In this document: positions 48,295 through 61,864 of the stretch, one piece after another
Position numbering within the stretch: position 1 is the stretch's first letter
Layout of the letters: each line of letters begins with the position of its first letter
NCBI RefSeq assembly: GCF_001194135.2
Contig: NC_069006.1
Coordinates: 17,878,259 to 17,942,258 of the forward strand
DNA: 64,000 bases
Source: Octopus bimaculoides
Taxonomy: Eukaryota
Reading direction: 5' to 3'
The notes under the pieces: generated by a model
Told to the model about the DNA's origin: nothing
The model's database searches: none
The model's input: only the letters and a program-made list of their open reading frames with translations
Position numbers and translations under genes: made by a program

Positions 48295-48530
48295 TGCTAT
48301 GGACTCATAGGGCCGGTTTCCCAGATTCTCTGGCATATATACTCCTTGTTGGACAGGATGCCAGTCTGTCGCAGGAATACTCATTTTTGCCAGCTGAGTG
48401 GGCTGAAGCAATGTGAAATGAAGTGTTTTGTACAGGATTACATCACACTTCCCAGTCCAGGAATTGAAACCACAATCTTACAACAACCATGTGTCCAATA
48501 CCCTAACCATTAAGCCACACACCTCTACAT
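48295..48530 (-). mobile_element. SINE family B, full length
   Basis: Matches the reverse complement of 3871-4082 and the 4683-4924 copy. Confidence 0.8.
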
Positions 48531-48549
48531 ATATGGAATAACATAACCC

Positions 48550-48777
48550 TTAACCCTTTAGCATTCAGATTGCTCCTCCAAATGTAATGCTTATTTATTT
48601 ACACTGTTTTCAATTAATCAGGAATTATCTTGCGGCTTCAAGGTTTCAGTGATGTGATTGTTTATTTTTAGAATGACATTGTAGAGTAGGTGTGAGAGGT
48701 TGGATCTGGTCAGTTTTAACATAAAACAGACAGAATATTTTGGCCGGATATGGCCGGTTTAAATGCTAAAGCGTTAA
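48550..48777. mobile_element. piggyBac-like MITE, family H, complete
   Basis: TTAA-CCCTTTAGCATT ... AATGCTAAAGCG-TTAA. A TTAA duplication with CCC terminus is the piggyBac hallmark. Confidence 0.85.
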
Positions 48778-49169
48778 TGCATTATGTCTATGAAAACAAG
48801 ACAGGATGGTCAGATTTGGAGCATCTTCCATCATCGGTCTGTCTAGTTGGACTAAAAGTGATTTGGACGCTAGACAACAACAACAACCAATATTGCTGTG
48901 AAAAGAATCATTTAAAAGATGTTTTGTACAGACTTGATATGTTGTAAGACAATCTGGAACCATTGAGCCGTTGTGATAAACTCTGGCATCATCACCGTTG
49001 TTGAATTGTAACGATGATGTTGTCAATGAAGAACTGAAGATAAATAATAGACTTTAGCTACGGACATTAATTGAAGGGTGTCATAAACATTGTATTGATT
49101 CGGAAGCACTTCTTAAATATCTGTCTTCGGATAGATGGAAAGAGAGAGGGGGGGAGGGGTGAAAGACAT

Positions 49170-49200
<31 letters not shown>

Positions 49201-50009
49201 TGTAAAGATGGTGATGGATAGATAGATAGATAGATTGCAAGAGGTGGAGAGGCAGCTGAGGAGAAGGGGATTATGAGCTAGAAAGGAAAAGAGATTGCTG
49301 GCGAGATAGAGATTGCTGGCGAGATAGAGATTGAGGAAGCTGGTCTGGATGGATAGCAGTGGGGGGAACTGCACCTAACTAAAATTGAAATGAATGAAAA
49401 GACAGTTGCTAACTGTGGTCATGTCCACTTGTGATTGTAGTGCAATAAATTTACTTTGCCTTCATTGTTAAGTAATTAACGCTTCAAACAGTGGACCAGT
49501 AGCCTTGCATTGAAGACAACTACAGCCACCACCACCACAGCTACTGACAACAATGGCCTATGATGATGATGATGATGGTGATAGAATTGAGTATCGGGTT
49601 GATATGGTGAGGGTAGTGGTGGTGACTCCTGCTGAAAAGTAGCCAGCAGAGAGAATGGCAGTTTTTCAAATTAAATACTTTCTTTCTTGGCTCTGCTAAA
49701 TTACAGGGATTCCTTGATTAATGCTTATTATAACAGTTTAGCGGAAACACTCTTCAAACTTGCTAATTCTCTTTCTCTCTCATTTCACGGGGGTCTTGCT
49801 ATGACAGCTACTACATTTAGCGTCTATTGTTCGGGGGGGGGGGGGGAACAAAACAAAATAAATAAATAAACAATAAAGCAAAGACAAAATAAAAAAAGAA
49901 ACATCCATTACTGTGGCGTTGCAATTAAAACCAGATTGTCATCTTGTAATGTGAATTTGACAGATCCTGGTGCAAATGAGCCGAGAAAGTGGTTGGTATT
50001 AAGACGCAC

Positions 50010-50570
50010 TGATTGCTACATGTGAGGTAATGATGGACTCGGTGTTGTTGTTGTTGGGAGAGGAAGAAGGACAGGAGGGCATCTGGTATGTAAATAGGCC
50101 ATGTAATGATCAGTATTAGATACTCTAATTGCTACATGTGAAATGATGAATGCAGTGTTTTGTTTTCGACATGTGGTAAGGAAATAGTAAATATTTGCAT
50201 AGCAGTTGGTATTCGAGACAGTAGGAGCCACATGTTTTATTTACACAGTGAATAGCAACATGCTTCATTAGATTGATGATAGCTACATGTTTTTTGGGGT
50301 GGGCGAAAGTTAAATATTTTATTGGGATGAAGGATGACTGTTTTAAGGGGTGAAGGAAAGCTACATGTCTTGTTGGCTAGAGGATCACTACATGTTTTGG
50401 GCAGAGGAGAGCTAACTATATCTTTTATTAGATAGAGGATAACTACATATTTTGATGGCTCAAGGATTGCTACCTGTTTTGTTGGCTGAAGGATATCTAC
50501 ATAGTTTAATGACTATTTTATTAGGTGGACAATAGTTACATGTTTTATTAGACTGAGGATAGCTACCTGT
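50010..50570. repeat. Degenerate minisatellite (GAGGATAGCTACATGTTTT core, about 28-bp unit)
   Basis: More than ten recurrences of a GCTACATG-like core. Confidence 0.7.
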
Positions 50571-50611
50571 CACAGATCAATGGCAGAAACAAGTTAAAGA
50601 TAAAAAGATAT

Positions 50612-50790
50612 AAGCACAGTCATGGCTGTGTGGTAAGAATTTTACTTCCCAACCACATGGTTCTGGGTTCAGTCTCACTGTGTGACACTATAGGTAAATA
50701 TCTTCTACTATAGCCACGGACTGTCCAAAGCTTTGAGTGGATTTAGTAGACAGAAACTGAAAGCTCATCATATATATGTATGTGTGTGTG
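50612..50790 (+). mobile_element. SINE family A, 5' part
   Basis: CATGGCTGTGTGGTAAGAAT...GGTTCAGTCTC. Confidence 0.8.
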
Positions 50791-51999
50791 TAAGTTTATA
50801 TGTTCTTTCACCATGCAACATATGTGACCTTGACCTTCATATTGTTAAGTGTACTTTGAAGTGGGGGTTGGAGAGCTGAGTGGTGAGGGAACGGCAAATA
50901 TTAATTTCAAATTTGTTTTCCAAATCCTATTTTGATTGCTGCTAATAATTTCATCTCGTCAAATGGTGGGAAACAGTGGCAAAGTTCTTTAAAGTTCTTT
51001 AAAGCCCATTATTTGTCATCTGATGCCAGTAATATTTTTTGGTAATTGAGAATCAGTGAGGAGTCTAATCCTTGAAAGTAATTTTAGTTCTGTTCTTTCT
51101 ATGTGGGGGGGAGTTCAAATTAGCTCTTAAATAACTACTGCTGCCCCTTAACAAACACATCCAGCCCGCCTGACAACTCCTACTGCCGTCTAACTTGTTT
51201 CAAATCAGCATGACTGGTTTGATACATAGCCAGTAAGCTCTCTTGCGAAGTTCCTTAATTGTAAGTCGATACAGAGGAGACTACATCTCAGTCGCCAAAC
51301 CACTCCACCCATGTTTCATATCAGACTCTCTCTCTCTCTGTGTCTCCCCACCATAATGTATAACAAGTCGAAAGCTGATAGCCCTTTCATAGAGCTAGCC
51401 AGACTCTTGATACCATGTCACTCCCCTTCGCTGCTCCCCCAACTAACTTTTTTTTCTTGTAAACGAAACACTTTGAAAATAAACTGTCTGTTGTGATCAT
51501 TATGTCTCTCTCTCTCTCTCACACACACATATGCAGAGAAATGAGTCTTCAGGAACCTCACAGATCTCTTGTTTTCAGTTTATGGTTTAGCCATAGGGGG
51601 TAGGGCAGTGCCCATAAGCTTTTGGTACAGTTGCAGGGCCTGTGTGACTGGTGAGGCAGAAAAGGGGGTGGAAGAAACCAATAACCCCTGAGTAGCTAGC
51701 TTAAGAAACAGGGTAACAAGATATCTTCGTTAACGTCATTAGCCTGGAGATGAGAAGCCTCTAATAATATTAATCCTAACACTTTAGATAAGGTATTAAC
51801 ATCCAATAACATCTAAGTTAAACCTAAAAGTACCAGAATGTTTACTAGAATTCCTCTCTTTTTTTTTTTTTTGTATTTTATTCTGCCAAATGGTGTGAGA
51901 TTTAATTGAATATAAACTAATTAGTTTTGTAAACAAGCATTAGACATGTCACAAAAATGTCTCGTTTATGAAAATCTTTGATAAAACAAGGCCAAAAAC

Positions 52000-52366
52000 T
52001 GGCTAACAGCAAGGGCCAGATGTGGTGTAGGGAGAGATCAGTCAATTGAATCAACCCTCATACAGTGCTGGTACTTTATTTCATTGAACCCAGGAGGGAT
52101 GAAGGGTAAAGTCAGCGTTGGCAGGATTTGAAACCTAAACATTAAGATCCAGAGCATGTACTGCATGGCATTCTATTTTCCCTTCCAATGTTTCTGCCAT
52201 TCTATCACCCTACAACCAATCCATTAACCTAATAATAATAATAATAATAATCCTGTCTACTATTGGTACAAGGCCTGAAATTTGGTGGGAGGCGGTCTAG
52301 TCAAAAGGGAAATGCTGCTAAATGTTTCTGTCCTCATGTTAATGAATCTGCCAGCTAACTGCCTTA

Positions 52367-52420
<54 letters not shown>

Positions 52421-53390
52421 GTTTCACATTTTGGCACAAGGCCAGCAATTCCAAGGGAAGAGGTAAGTCAATTACATCAACGCCAGTGGTTAGATGGTAC
52501 TGATTTTATCGAGCCCGAAAGGATGAAAGTTAAAGTCAACCTCAGAATTTGAACTCAGAACATAAGGACAGATGAAATGCCATAAAGCATTTTGTCCTCA
52601 TGCTAAAGGGTCTGCCAGCTAAAGGGTCTGCCAGCTTGCCACTTTCGTAATAATGATAATAATGATAATAATGATAATAATGATAATAATGATAATAATG
52701 ATAATAATGATAATAATGATAATAATGATAATAATGGNNNNNNNNNNAGGGTCTGCCAGCTAAAGGGTCTGCCAGCTTGCCACTTTCGTAATAATGATAA
52801 TAATGATAATAATGATAATAATGATAATAATGATAATAATGATAATAATGATAATAATGATAATAATGATAATAATAATAATAATGATAATAATGATAAT
52901 AATGATAATAATGATAATAATGATAATAATGATAATAATGATAATAATGATAATAATGGTTTCAAAATTTTCCACAAGGGAAGCCATTTTCGGGGAAGAG
53001 ATGAGTTGATTGCATTGACCCCAAAAGGGATGAAAAGCAAAGTCAACCTTGGCAGAATTTGAGCTCGGAATGGAGCAACGGGCAAAATGCCATTAAGCAT
53101 TTTGTCCAGCATGCTAATGATTCTGCCAGCACACCACCTTAATAATAATAATAATGATGATGATAATCCTTTCTGCTATAGACACAAGGTCTGAAATTTA
53201 TGGGGAGGGGACCAGTCGATTACATCGACCCCAGTATTTCGTTGGTACTTAATTTGTCGACCCCGAAAGGATGAAAGGCAACGTTGACCTCAGCAGAATT
53301 TGAACTCAAAATGTAAAGATGGGTGAAATGCTGTGAAGAATTTTGCCCAGTGTGCTAACGATTCTACCAGCTTGCCACCTTCGCTTAATA
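52000..53390 (-). mobile_element. Array of at least five co-oriented family D SINEs separated by (AAT)n/(AATAATGAT)n
   Basis: Antisense D copies at about 52010-52220, 52250-52360, 52425-52645, 52960-53140 and 53165-53385. Confidence 0.85.
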
Positions 53391-54829
53391 ACAACAACAA
53401 TAATGATGATGATGGTCATGATGGTCATGACTTTGATGATGATGATGATGTCAAAGATGATGATTTTTCTCACCTATGCACAAAGTTCGAAATGTGGTTT
53501 CCGTGTGTGTGTGTGTGTAATTGGCCCCCAGTATATGACAGCTACTCCTTTCATCAGCTTCCACTGGATGAAAGGCCATGTCAACTATGGTATAAAAGAG
53601 TAATTTACTAACATTTAACTGATTCCAGTCACGTTCAAACACTCCTTGCATCCAATTTCATTGAAATCCATCATATTCCCTGTTTCTTTTTGTTGATTCC
53701 ACAACTATTTCCATCTACCAGCCATGCCCCTCCCCTCTTTTCATTCTCCCCAAATGCCATGTCATGCCATATTTCTCTCCTAAAAGGCGGCTGTCCTCCT
53801 CCTCCTCCTTGCTGTCTTTGAAATCCTATCTCCATGTTTTTCTGTGATGGGAGTGAGGGAGGCAGGGGGATGGAATGGTTTCCAAATGTCTGTTACTGTA
53901 TTGTATTGCCAGCATCATCATCATCACCACCACTACTACTATCACCACCGTCATCATCACTATCATAACCATTGTCATCATCACAACCACCACCATCATC
54001 ATCACCATCATCACCATTATTACAACCATCACCACCGCCACCACCATCATCATCATTGTCATCATCAGGACTGATGTACCAAGCACCAAATATACAGTCA
54101 CACCACAGTACCATGCACCACACTACACCATACTCCCTCACACCATGGTACTCTACGTGGTTGCTCTACCTGCTATGAATGGCAGCCAAATCTTTCTCGA
54201 ATCGCAAAGAATATGTTGAGTAATGTGATCCTAGTTCCTTGTAAAGAGAGTCAGAGATAAAAAAAAAAAAACAGGATGGTCACATTTGGAATGTCTTTCA
54301 TAATCAACTTGCTGACCCCCCTGGGGCGGGGGGTGGGGGTGTTGTGACACACTACATCGCTCACCTCCATTGCACCACAGCTGCTGCTACCAAGATGTTT
54401 ACACTTTGTAGGCCAAATAACAGCTCTTGCCTTCCTCTTCTTCCTCCTCGTCCTCTTTTCCTCTCCTTTCTCCTCTTCCTCCTCCACTGTTTCCTCATCT
54501 TTTTCTTTTTCCTCCTCCTCTTCCTCTTTCTCACCTTTTCCTTTTCTTTCTCTTTCTTTCCTCTTCCTCTTTCCCCCTCTTCTTGTCCTTTCTCCTCTCA
54601 TTCCTCCTTTTCTTCTTCCTCCTTCTCCTCCCTTTTCTAGCCCCCTTCCTCCTTTTCCTCTTCCTGCTCCTCTCTTATCACTACAGTGGTGGTAGCAGTG
54701 GTAGTGGTGAAGTAGTATTGGTTGTAGTTGATCTGAAGATTAATGTTTTATTCATTTCAACAAAGGTTACATTTCGTATATTCTCTGCTTCTACATCAAG
54801 AGGAAAATTTTTATTGCTTTTTCTTTCTG

Positions 54830-54873
<44 letters not shown>

Positions 54874-54971
54874 ATGAACTGTGCATGTATACCTGTGTGT
54901 AAGTAACAGTATGGTTGTTGGCAGCCAGTCAAGACCTGTTCTGTTTTTACTTGAGTTTGGGTTTGTGTGTC

Positions 54972-55003
<32 letters not shown>

Positions 55004-55598
55004 TCATCATCATCATCATAACATCCACTTTTCTGCTTGTAATTCAAAGGGTCAGCCTTGTCACATTCTGTGTCATGCTGAGTCTCCCTGAGAACAACTT
55101 AAAGGCTATGCCTGTCTGAGGTGTGCTCAGCCACTNNNNNNNNNNNNNNNNNNNNNNNNNNNNNNNNNNNNNNNNNNNNNNNNNNNNNNNNNNNNNNNNN
55201 NNNNNNNNNNNNNNNNNNNNNNNNNNNNNNNNNNNNNNNNNNNNNNNNNNNNNNNNNNNNNNNNNNNNNNNNNNNNNNNNNNNNNNNNNNNNNNNNNNNN
55301 NNNNNNNNNNNNNNNNNNNNNNNNNNNNNNNNNNNNNNNNNNNNNNNNNNNNNNNNNNNNNNNNNNNNNNNNNNNNNNNNNNNNNNNNNNNNNNNNNNNN
55401 NNNNNNNNNNNNNNNNNNNNNNNNNNNNNNNNNNNNNNNNNNNNNNNNNNNNNNNNNNNNNNNNNNNNNNNNNNNNNNNNNNNNNNNNNNNNNNNNNNNN
55501 NNNNNNNNNNNNNNNNNNNNNNNNNNNNNNNNNNNNNNNNNNNNNNNNNNNNNNNNNNNNNNNNNNNNNNNNNNNNNNNNNNNNNNNNNNNNNNNNNA

Positions 55599-55737
55599 TC
55601 CAGCTGTAGAAACTCTGCCAAATTAGATTGGAGCCTGGTGTTGCCATCCGGTTTCACCAGTCCTCAGTCAAATCGTCCAACCCATGCTAGCATGGAAAGC
55701 GGACGTTAAACGACGATGATGATGATGATGATGATGA
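55599..55737 (+). mobile_element. Family E RTE 3' end, young
   Basis: Near-identical to 56940-57110; (GAT)n tail. Confidence 0.88.
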
Positions 55738-56369
55738 TATATCACTCATTTACCATGCACTTTTCCATGGTTCAGTCCAGGTTTATTTGAGGCAGATTTT
55801 CTATGGCCAGATGCCCTTCCTGTTGCCAACCCTCACTTGTTTCCAAGCAAGGTAACAGTTCCCCATGGCAAGATGAGGCAAATAAGACGTCTTGGTTATC
55901 CACTGCATCATCAGTCATCTTAACCATCATCAGTCATCTTAACCATCATCAGTCGTCTTGACCAGGTCTTGCCACTGGATTTAAGATGGTCATGACTCTT
56001 CTCTTAGTACAAAACAGCTGTGCAAGTCTTCCATAATCCTTAAGGATGGCCAGAAGGATGGCCAGAAGGATGGCCAGTGAATGAACATGATATACATATG
56101 TTTTTTGTTTTGTGTGTGTGTTTGCTAACATTGAAAAGAAAACTTTAAAATAGATGTTTGAACAAAGTCCTCTGTGGTAGTTCTGCATCAAGTTACAAAC
56201 ACTTCCTTGTCATACTGTTAGAAATACAGTGAACCAGTGAGTGGCTCAGTGAAAAACTCTCGTCAACAAAACTTGTTTGCCTAATAGGACATTAAACACA
56301 CACGCACACACACACACACACATGCAGCCCACCCTCTCCTTTATGGCATACTTTTGGTGATATTGTTGT

Positions 56370-56599
56370 TTAATCCTTTAGTATTTCAGATTATTTTGTC
56401 AAATATAATACTTATTTATTCACTTTGATTTGAATTAATCAAGTATTATCTCGTAGCTTTGAGATTTCGATGATACGATTGTATATTTTTTAGAATAACA
56501 TTTGAGGATAGGTGTGAGAGGCTGAATCTGGCCAGTTTGAACATTAAACAAGTAGAATATTTTAGCCAGATATGACCGGTTTAAATGCTAAAGGATTAA
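56370..56599. mobile_element. piggyBac-like MITE, family H, complete
   Basis: TTAA-TCCTTTAG ... CTAAAGGA-TTAA. Confidence 0.85.
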
Positions 56600-56929
56600 A
56601 CCCAGGTCAGTCCTGGTCAGACTTCTGATCAAAGATATTCTAACCATGACCATCACATCTTTCTATAGTGATGTAGAACCACTTTATTCCATCTTTTGTA
56701 TTTTAATTCTTACTTAATTCAGTCATTGAACTGTGGCCATGCTGGGGCACTGCCTTGAAGAGTTTTTAGTTGAACAAATCAACCCTAGTACTTATTTTTA
56801 TACCTATTACCTATACTACGAAAACTGCTAAGTTACAGGAATGCAAACAAACCAACACTGGTTCTCATGCAGTGGTGGGTGACCAGCACTAAGGCACACA
56901 TTCATAGATAGATATTTATAAACATATCA

Positions 56930-57400
56930 TGTAAAAGCACCCACTACACTCTCGGAGTGGTTGGCGTTAAGAAGGGCATCCAGCTGTAGAAACTCTGCCA
57001 AATCAGATTGGAGCCTGGTGTAGCCATCTGGTTCACCAGTCCTCAGTCAAATCGTCCAATCCATGCTAGCATGGAAAGCGGACGTTAAACGATGATGATG
57101 ATGATCATCATCATCATTGTTTAACATCCACCTTCCATGCTGACATGGGTTGGACGGTTTAACAGGAGTCAGCTAGGTAGAAGACTACCCCAGACTGCTG
57201 CATCTGTTCTGGCAGGAATTTTACAGCTGGATGCCCTTCATAACACCAACCACCTCACAGAGTGGACTGAGTGCTTTTTACATGGCACCAGCACAGGTAA
57301 GATGAGTTTTGGCATAGTTTTTACTGCTGGATGCCCTTCCAAATGCCAACGACTTCACAGTGTGGACTGGATGCTTTTTATGTGGCACCAGCACTGGCTG
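56930..57400. mobile_element. Two family E fragments tail-to-tail (+ then -)
   Basis: GTTAAAC(GAT)n(CAT)nTGTTTAACATCC junction at about 57085-57130. Confidence 0.88.
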
Positions 57401-58544
57401 GGTCACCTGGGTTACGTGGCTGGGTCACCGAGTAACTTGCAAGACAAAGAATTTTGGGAGAATGTGGAATAATTGTTTTTTGAAATTGATTAAAGCTATA
57501 AATAATAGTTTCTGTCCATCATAAAGGCTTTGGTTGGCTCAGGCCTATAATAAAAAACATTTGGCCATGGTACCATGCAGTGGAACCGAACCTGGAACCA
57601 GTTATTAGGAAGCAAACTTCTTACCACACAGCCACACCTTGTGTACTTTCTTCTTTTAAAAAAAAAAAGAGACACAACAGGTTATCATCTGAAGAATTTT
57701 AGCTGCACTTTCTTGCAAGCTCAGCAACCACATGCTGGCCCTATTGTTTGCTACATTGTTCCGCCATGCCAAGTTCTGTGGTGTTTGTTGTATCACCATG
57801 TTGGTTGTGTTCTATTGTATTCTGTTGTTCTGTCTGTTGCGTTGTGATGTATGTGGCCTTCTGTTGTATGATATTGTGACACGCAGTGTTGTGATGCGTC
57901 GGTTTTTACGGCGTTTTGTTGTGTTCTGTTGTGTTGTGGTGTGTTGCTTTCTGTTACGGTTTGTTGTCATGTGAAATCTTATGCTGTCTTCTGTTGTGAT
58001 GCATTAGTTTCTACTGTTTTGTTCTCTTGTGTTGTGAGATGTGTCATGTTGTGAGATGTCCTGTTGTGTTGTCATGCTAATAGTTTTGTAATATTAAATA
58101 CACATGTGTGGTGTTATTACACACAAAGCTCTGTTGGTGGGTAGACAGAGGGTTAAAATAAACCTCACAATTACCTCTGTCTCCTGCTTCTCCGGGAGGA
58201 AGGGGTGGATTGTTTTCTCAGCAGTCACTCCTGCAATTTATTTCTCCTCGACCCACCACCCTCATCAGTTGCCCCCCCACTCCGCAACCCATCCCACCTC
58301 CTAGCAGCCATTGCTGCAATACTTCTCCTCCTCCTCTTCCTCCAGTATTTGCATTTCACCCTACCGCTGCCTCCTCCTACCTGGGGTTGTTTTTTTTGTT
58401 TTTTTGTTTTCCCAGCAGTTGCTGTTGCAGCACTTCACCTTTTCCCCAACAGTGAATAACTGCAACACACCACCACTGTTTTTCCTTCTGCCATTTCACA
58501 GCAGTCACTGCTGCAACACCCTGTCCTCCACACACCCCTCTCTT

Positions 58545-58595
<51 letters not shown>

Positions 58596-58979
58596 TTCTC
58601 TCTCCAGCAGTTAACTGTGGGACCTCCCCTTCTCTCTACCTCTCTCTCTCAACTCTCTCCAGTCTCTTGGAATATGCCAAGTTACTGTGATGTTTATCAC
58701 CTTTCCCTGTATCTCACCCCCACTCTCTCTCTCTCTCTCTCTCTGCCATTCTCCCTTTCTTCCTCCTCTCCATCTCTTTTTCCTCTCCATCCATCTCTCA
58801 CTCTCTGGTGTTCTCCATGCATCTCTGCCTCCATCTCTTGCGGCCTAATTGTTAACGAGTCGTTACATCAGACTAACTGATCACAGCTCATGTTCTCAGC
58901 AACTATATTTCAGTTGACACAGCTAATTAAAAGCTAATTATAGTAAAAATGATTTAAGACATTGGCCATGTCAGTATGT

Positions 58980-59028
<49 letters not shown>

Positions 59029-59319
59029 AATCTAAATTTCCACCGTTTTGCTGTACTAATTGAAGCAGCCATCACCGCCATCACCCTCCCTGACTCATTC
59101 CCTTACCTATCACTATCAGCATCAGAAATTATTATACCATTTTCTTGCTGCCTTAATGATGCTGCTTCAAGAAGCAAAATGGTTTTAACTTTCATCAATT
59201 AAGTCAAAGAGAACTTGGAACGTAATGTTGTCGCTAATCACTCTCTTTTGCCTCTGATTCGATGCAATCACAACACACTTTGATTCTGCTGTAATAAACA
59301 TTCATATTTGATGTAGAGT

Positions 59320-59720
59320 GTTGTGTGTGGCCATGTCAAGTGTGCCCGTCTTGTGTGCGGCCATGTCGTGTGTGCCCATATAGTGTATGACTGTTGTATG
59401 TGCCCCTATATAGTGGGTCCATGCTGTGTGTGCCCATGTTGTGGTAGGAGCCATACTCTGTCATATTTGCCCATGTTGTTTGTGCTCTGTCATATTTGCC
59501 CATGTTGTTTGTCTCATATTTGCCCATGTTGTTTGTGCTCTGTCATATTTGCCCATGTTCTTTGTGCTGTATCATATTTGTCTGTGTACTGTTGTGTGGG
59601 CTGTGTCGTATTTGCCCATTGTTGTGTGTGTTCTGTCTTATTAGCCTGTGTTGCATGTACTTTCACATTTGCCCTTGTTGTGTGTGCTGTGTCATTTTTG
59701 CTCATTTCTTGAGTGTGCCA
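59320..59720. repeat. GT-skewed degenerate minisatellite (TGTCATATTTGCCCATGTTGTTTGTGCTC, about 29 bp)
   Basis: Near-perfect units at about 59459-59560, decaying on both sides. Confidence 0.8.
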
Positions 59721-60119
59721 TTTTCTGTATGCTTGCTGACAGAGGAGAAAGCTCTCACTGTATCTTCCCTCTACACCAACAGATGAAGTTACAATGCTCC
59801 CTCACATTCCCCCCAATTCTCTGGACATATATAAATTGCGTTCGATATTGCTTTCACTTATGGCAGCCAACTCTGTGTTTTGAGTTCAAATTCTTCTGAT
59901 GTCTACCTTTAATACCTCTGACTTGATAAAATAAAATACCAATCAAGTACTGAGATCAGCAGTATCAACCCCCGCTTCTCAAAATTGCTGGCCTTCTTCT
60001 TAAATCTGAAACCATTTTGGAAGTTATGATAGTTACTGTTGATTAGTCTCAAGTCAGAGTGGACCTTTTATCAAAGGCATCCCAGCCATGACCATCCCTT
60101 ATATAAGGTGTTTATGTAT

Positions 60120-60510
60120 CTTTTAATCTTATATCTTTTACTTGTTTCAGTCATTAGACTGTGGCCATGCAGGGGCAACAGCTTGAAGAATTTTTAGTTC
60201 AATGAATTGACTTCAGTACTGTTTTTTTTAAAACCTGGTACTTATTCTGTTGGTCTCTATTGTTGAACCACTAAGTTAGAGGGACATAAATACATCAACA
60301 TGGTTAAGTGGTGGAGGACAAATACAGATACAAAGATACACACATGTACACATGACAGGCTTCTTTCAGTTTCCATCTACCAAATCACAAGGCTTTGGTC
60401 AGCTTGAGGCTATAGAAGACATTTGCCTAAGGTACCATGCAATGGAACTGATCCAGGAACCATGTGGTTGGGTAGCAAACTTCTTACCACACAGCCATGC
60501 CTGTACCTAT
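60120..60510 (-). mobile_element. SINE family A, full length
   Basis: Tail through head in antisense. Confidence 0.85.
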
Positions 60511-60733
60511 GGCTACAATATTTAATTTGTCTTTATATGAATTGGAAGGCTGTGATTTGAGGGAGATTTGTCTGTTATTACTTGCAAGTCCAGTGACCAT
60601 GTAAGAGCTCATTGTTGATGTGAACGTTGGGTAACTTGTGTTACAGCCAAGTCATAGTTACCTCATGGTTACCTCAAGAGTCAGGGATGAGGGAGGCAGT
60701 AGTAGTAGATTTCTTGTCATCATATGGGCTAGC

Positions 60734-60959
60734 TTAACGCTTTTGGGTTTAAACCGGCCATTTCTGGTGCAAATACTCTACCTGCTTTATGTTCGAACCG
60801 GCCAGATTCAGCCCCTCAACCTAATCCCACAATGTCATTCTAAAAATATACAATCACATCATTGAAATCTTGAAGCTACAAAATTAAGTGTGGTTATTTA
60901 AAAACAATGTGGATAAATAATCATTTCATTTGACAGGGATCTGAACACTAAGGGGTTAA
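60734..60959. mobile_element. piggyBac-like MITE, family H, complete
   Basis: TTAA-CGCTTTT ... CTAAGGGG-TTAA; body is the reverse complement of 48554-48773. Confidence 0.8.
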
Positions 60960-61864
60960 AGTGTAGACATGCACATTGTGGATGGGGTCACTGCCCAACC
61001 TTCTCAGTGCTCTCTCTCTCTCTCTCTCTTCCTCCTCCTCCTCCTCCTCCTTCCTCCCCCTCTCCCTCTTTCTCTACTGTCAGTAAATGTAGGCCTCAAG
61101 CTCAGAATTGATGAGAATTACTATCTTTTGCGAGAAGAAGGACAGTCAATCATCTTTACCACCACCACCACCATCATCATGATCATCACCACCATCATCA
61201 TGACCATCATCATCATTTTATTAAATGTGCTGTTTATATATAACTTAAATCAAATGATAGTCACTGCTTGATTGAATTTATCAATATCATAAAGGTAGGA
61301 CTTGGAGAAGAGAGGAAGTGGGTGTAGTTAATAATAATAATAATGATGATGATGATGATGATGATGATAATGAATTCATGTCTGCACGATAAATAACATA
61401 TAGGCCCATTTTAATTAGTAGAGAAAAGCAACAGCCAATCAAAACACGTCTTCCACTTGATTACTGGAATGGTTAATGATTGCTGTGTTAATTTAGCAAG
61501 ATTTTTTTCATGTTTTTTTTTTTTTTTATAGTTTTTATATTTTGCTTTTTTTAAATCTAAATCGATGTTTGTTATCAAATACGAATTTCTGGAGAAAAGC
61601 TGTTTTATGCAGTGTAGTGAAAAATAGAAAAAGAAAAGAAAATAGAGAGAAAGAAAAGAGAAAAAAAAGTTTTTAAAAAATCAAAAACTTTGAGATAGTG
61701 TAAGAATTGAATTGAAGTAATTCCATCGATAAATGAAGATAATTTGGTCAAAGAACCAAAACAGAAACACAAGTAAACAGAGAGTAATATAGTTGAGGTG
61801 AGAAAATTTAGTATGAAGGAAGCAAATATGGCTGTCATCGTCATCATCATCATCATCATCATCA

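Noticed and set aside
52597-52960. Duplicated GGGTCTGCCAGCTAAAGGGTCTGCCAGCTTGCC + (AATAATGAT)n block
   Set aside because: Identical copies sit on either side of a 10-N gap, most likely overlapping contig ends rather than a real duplication.
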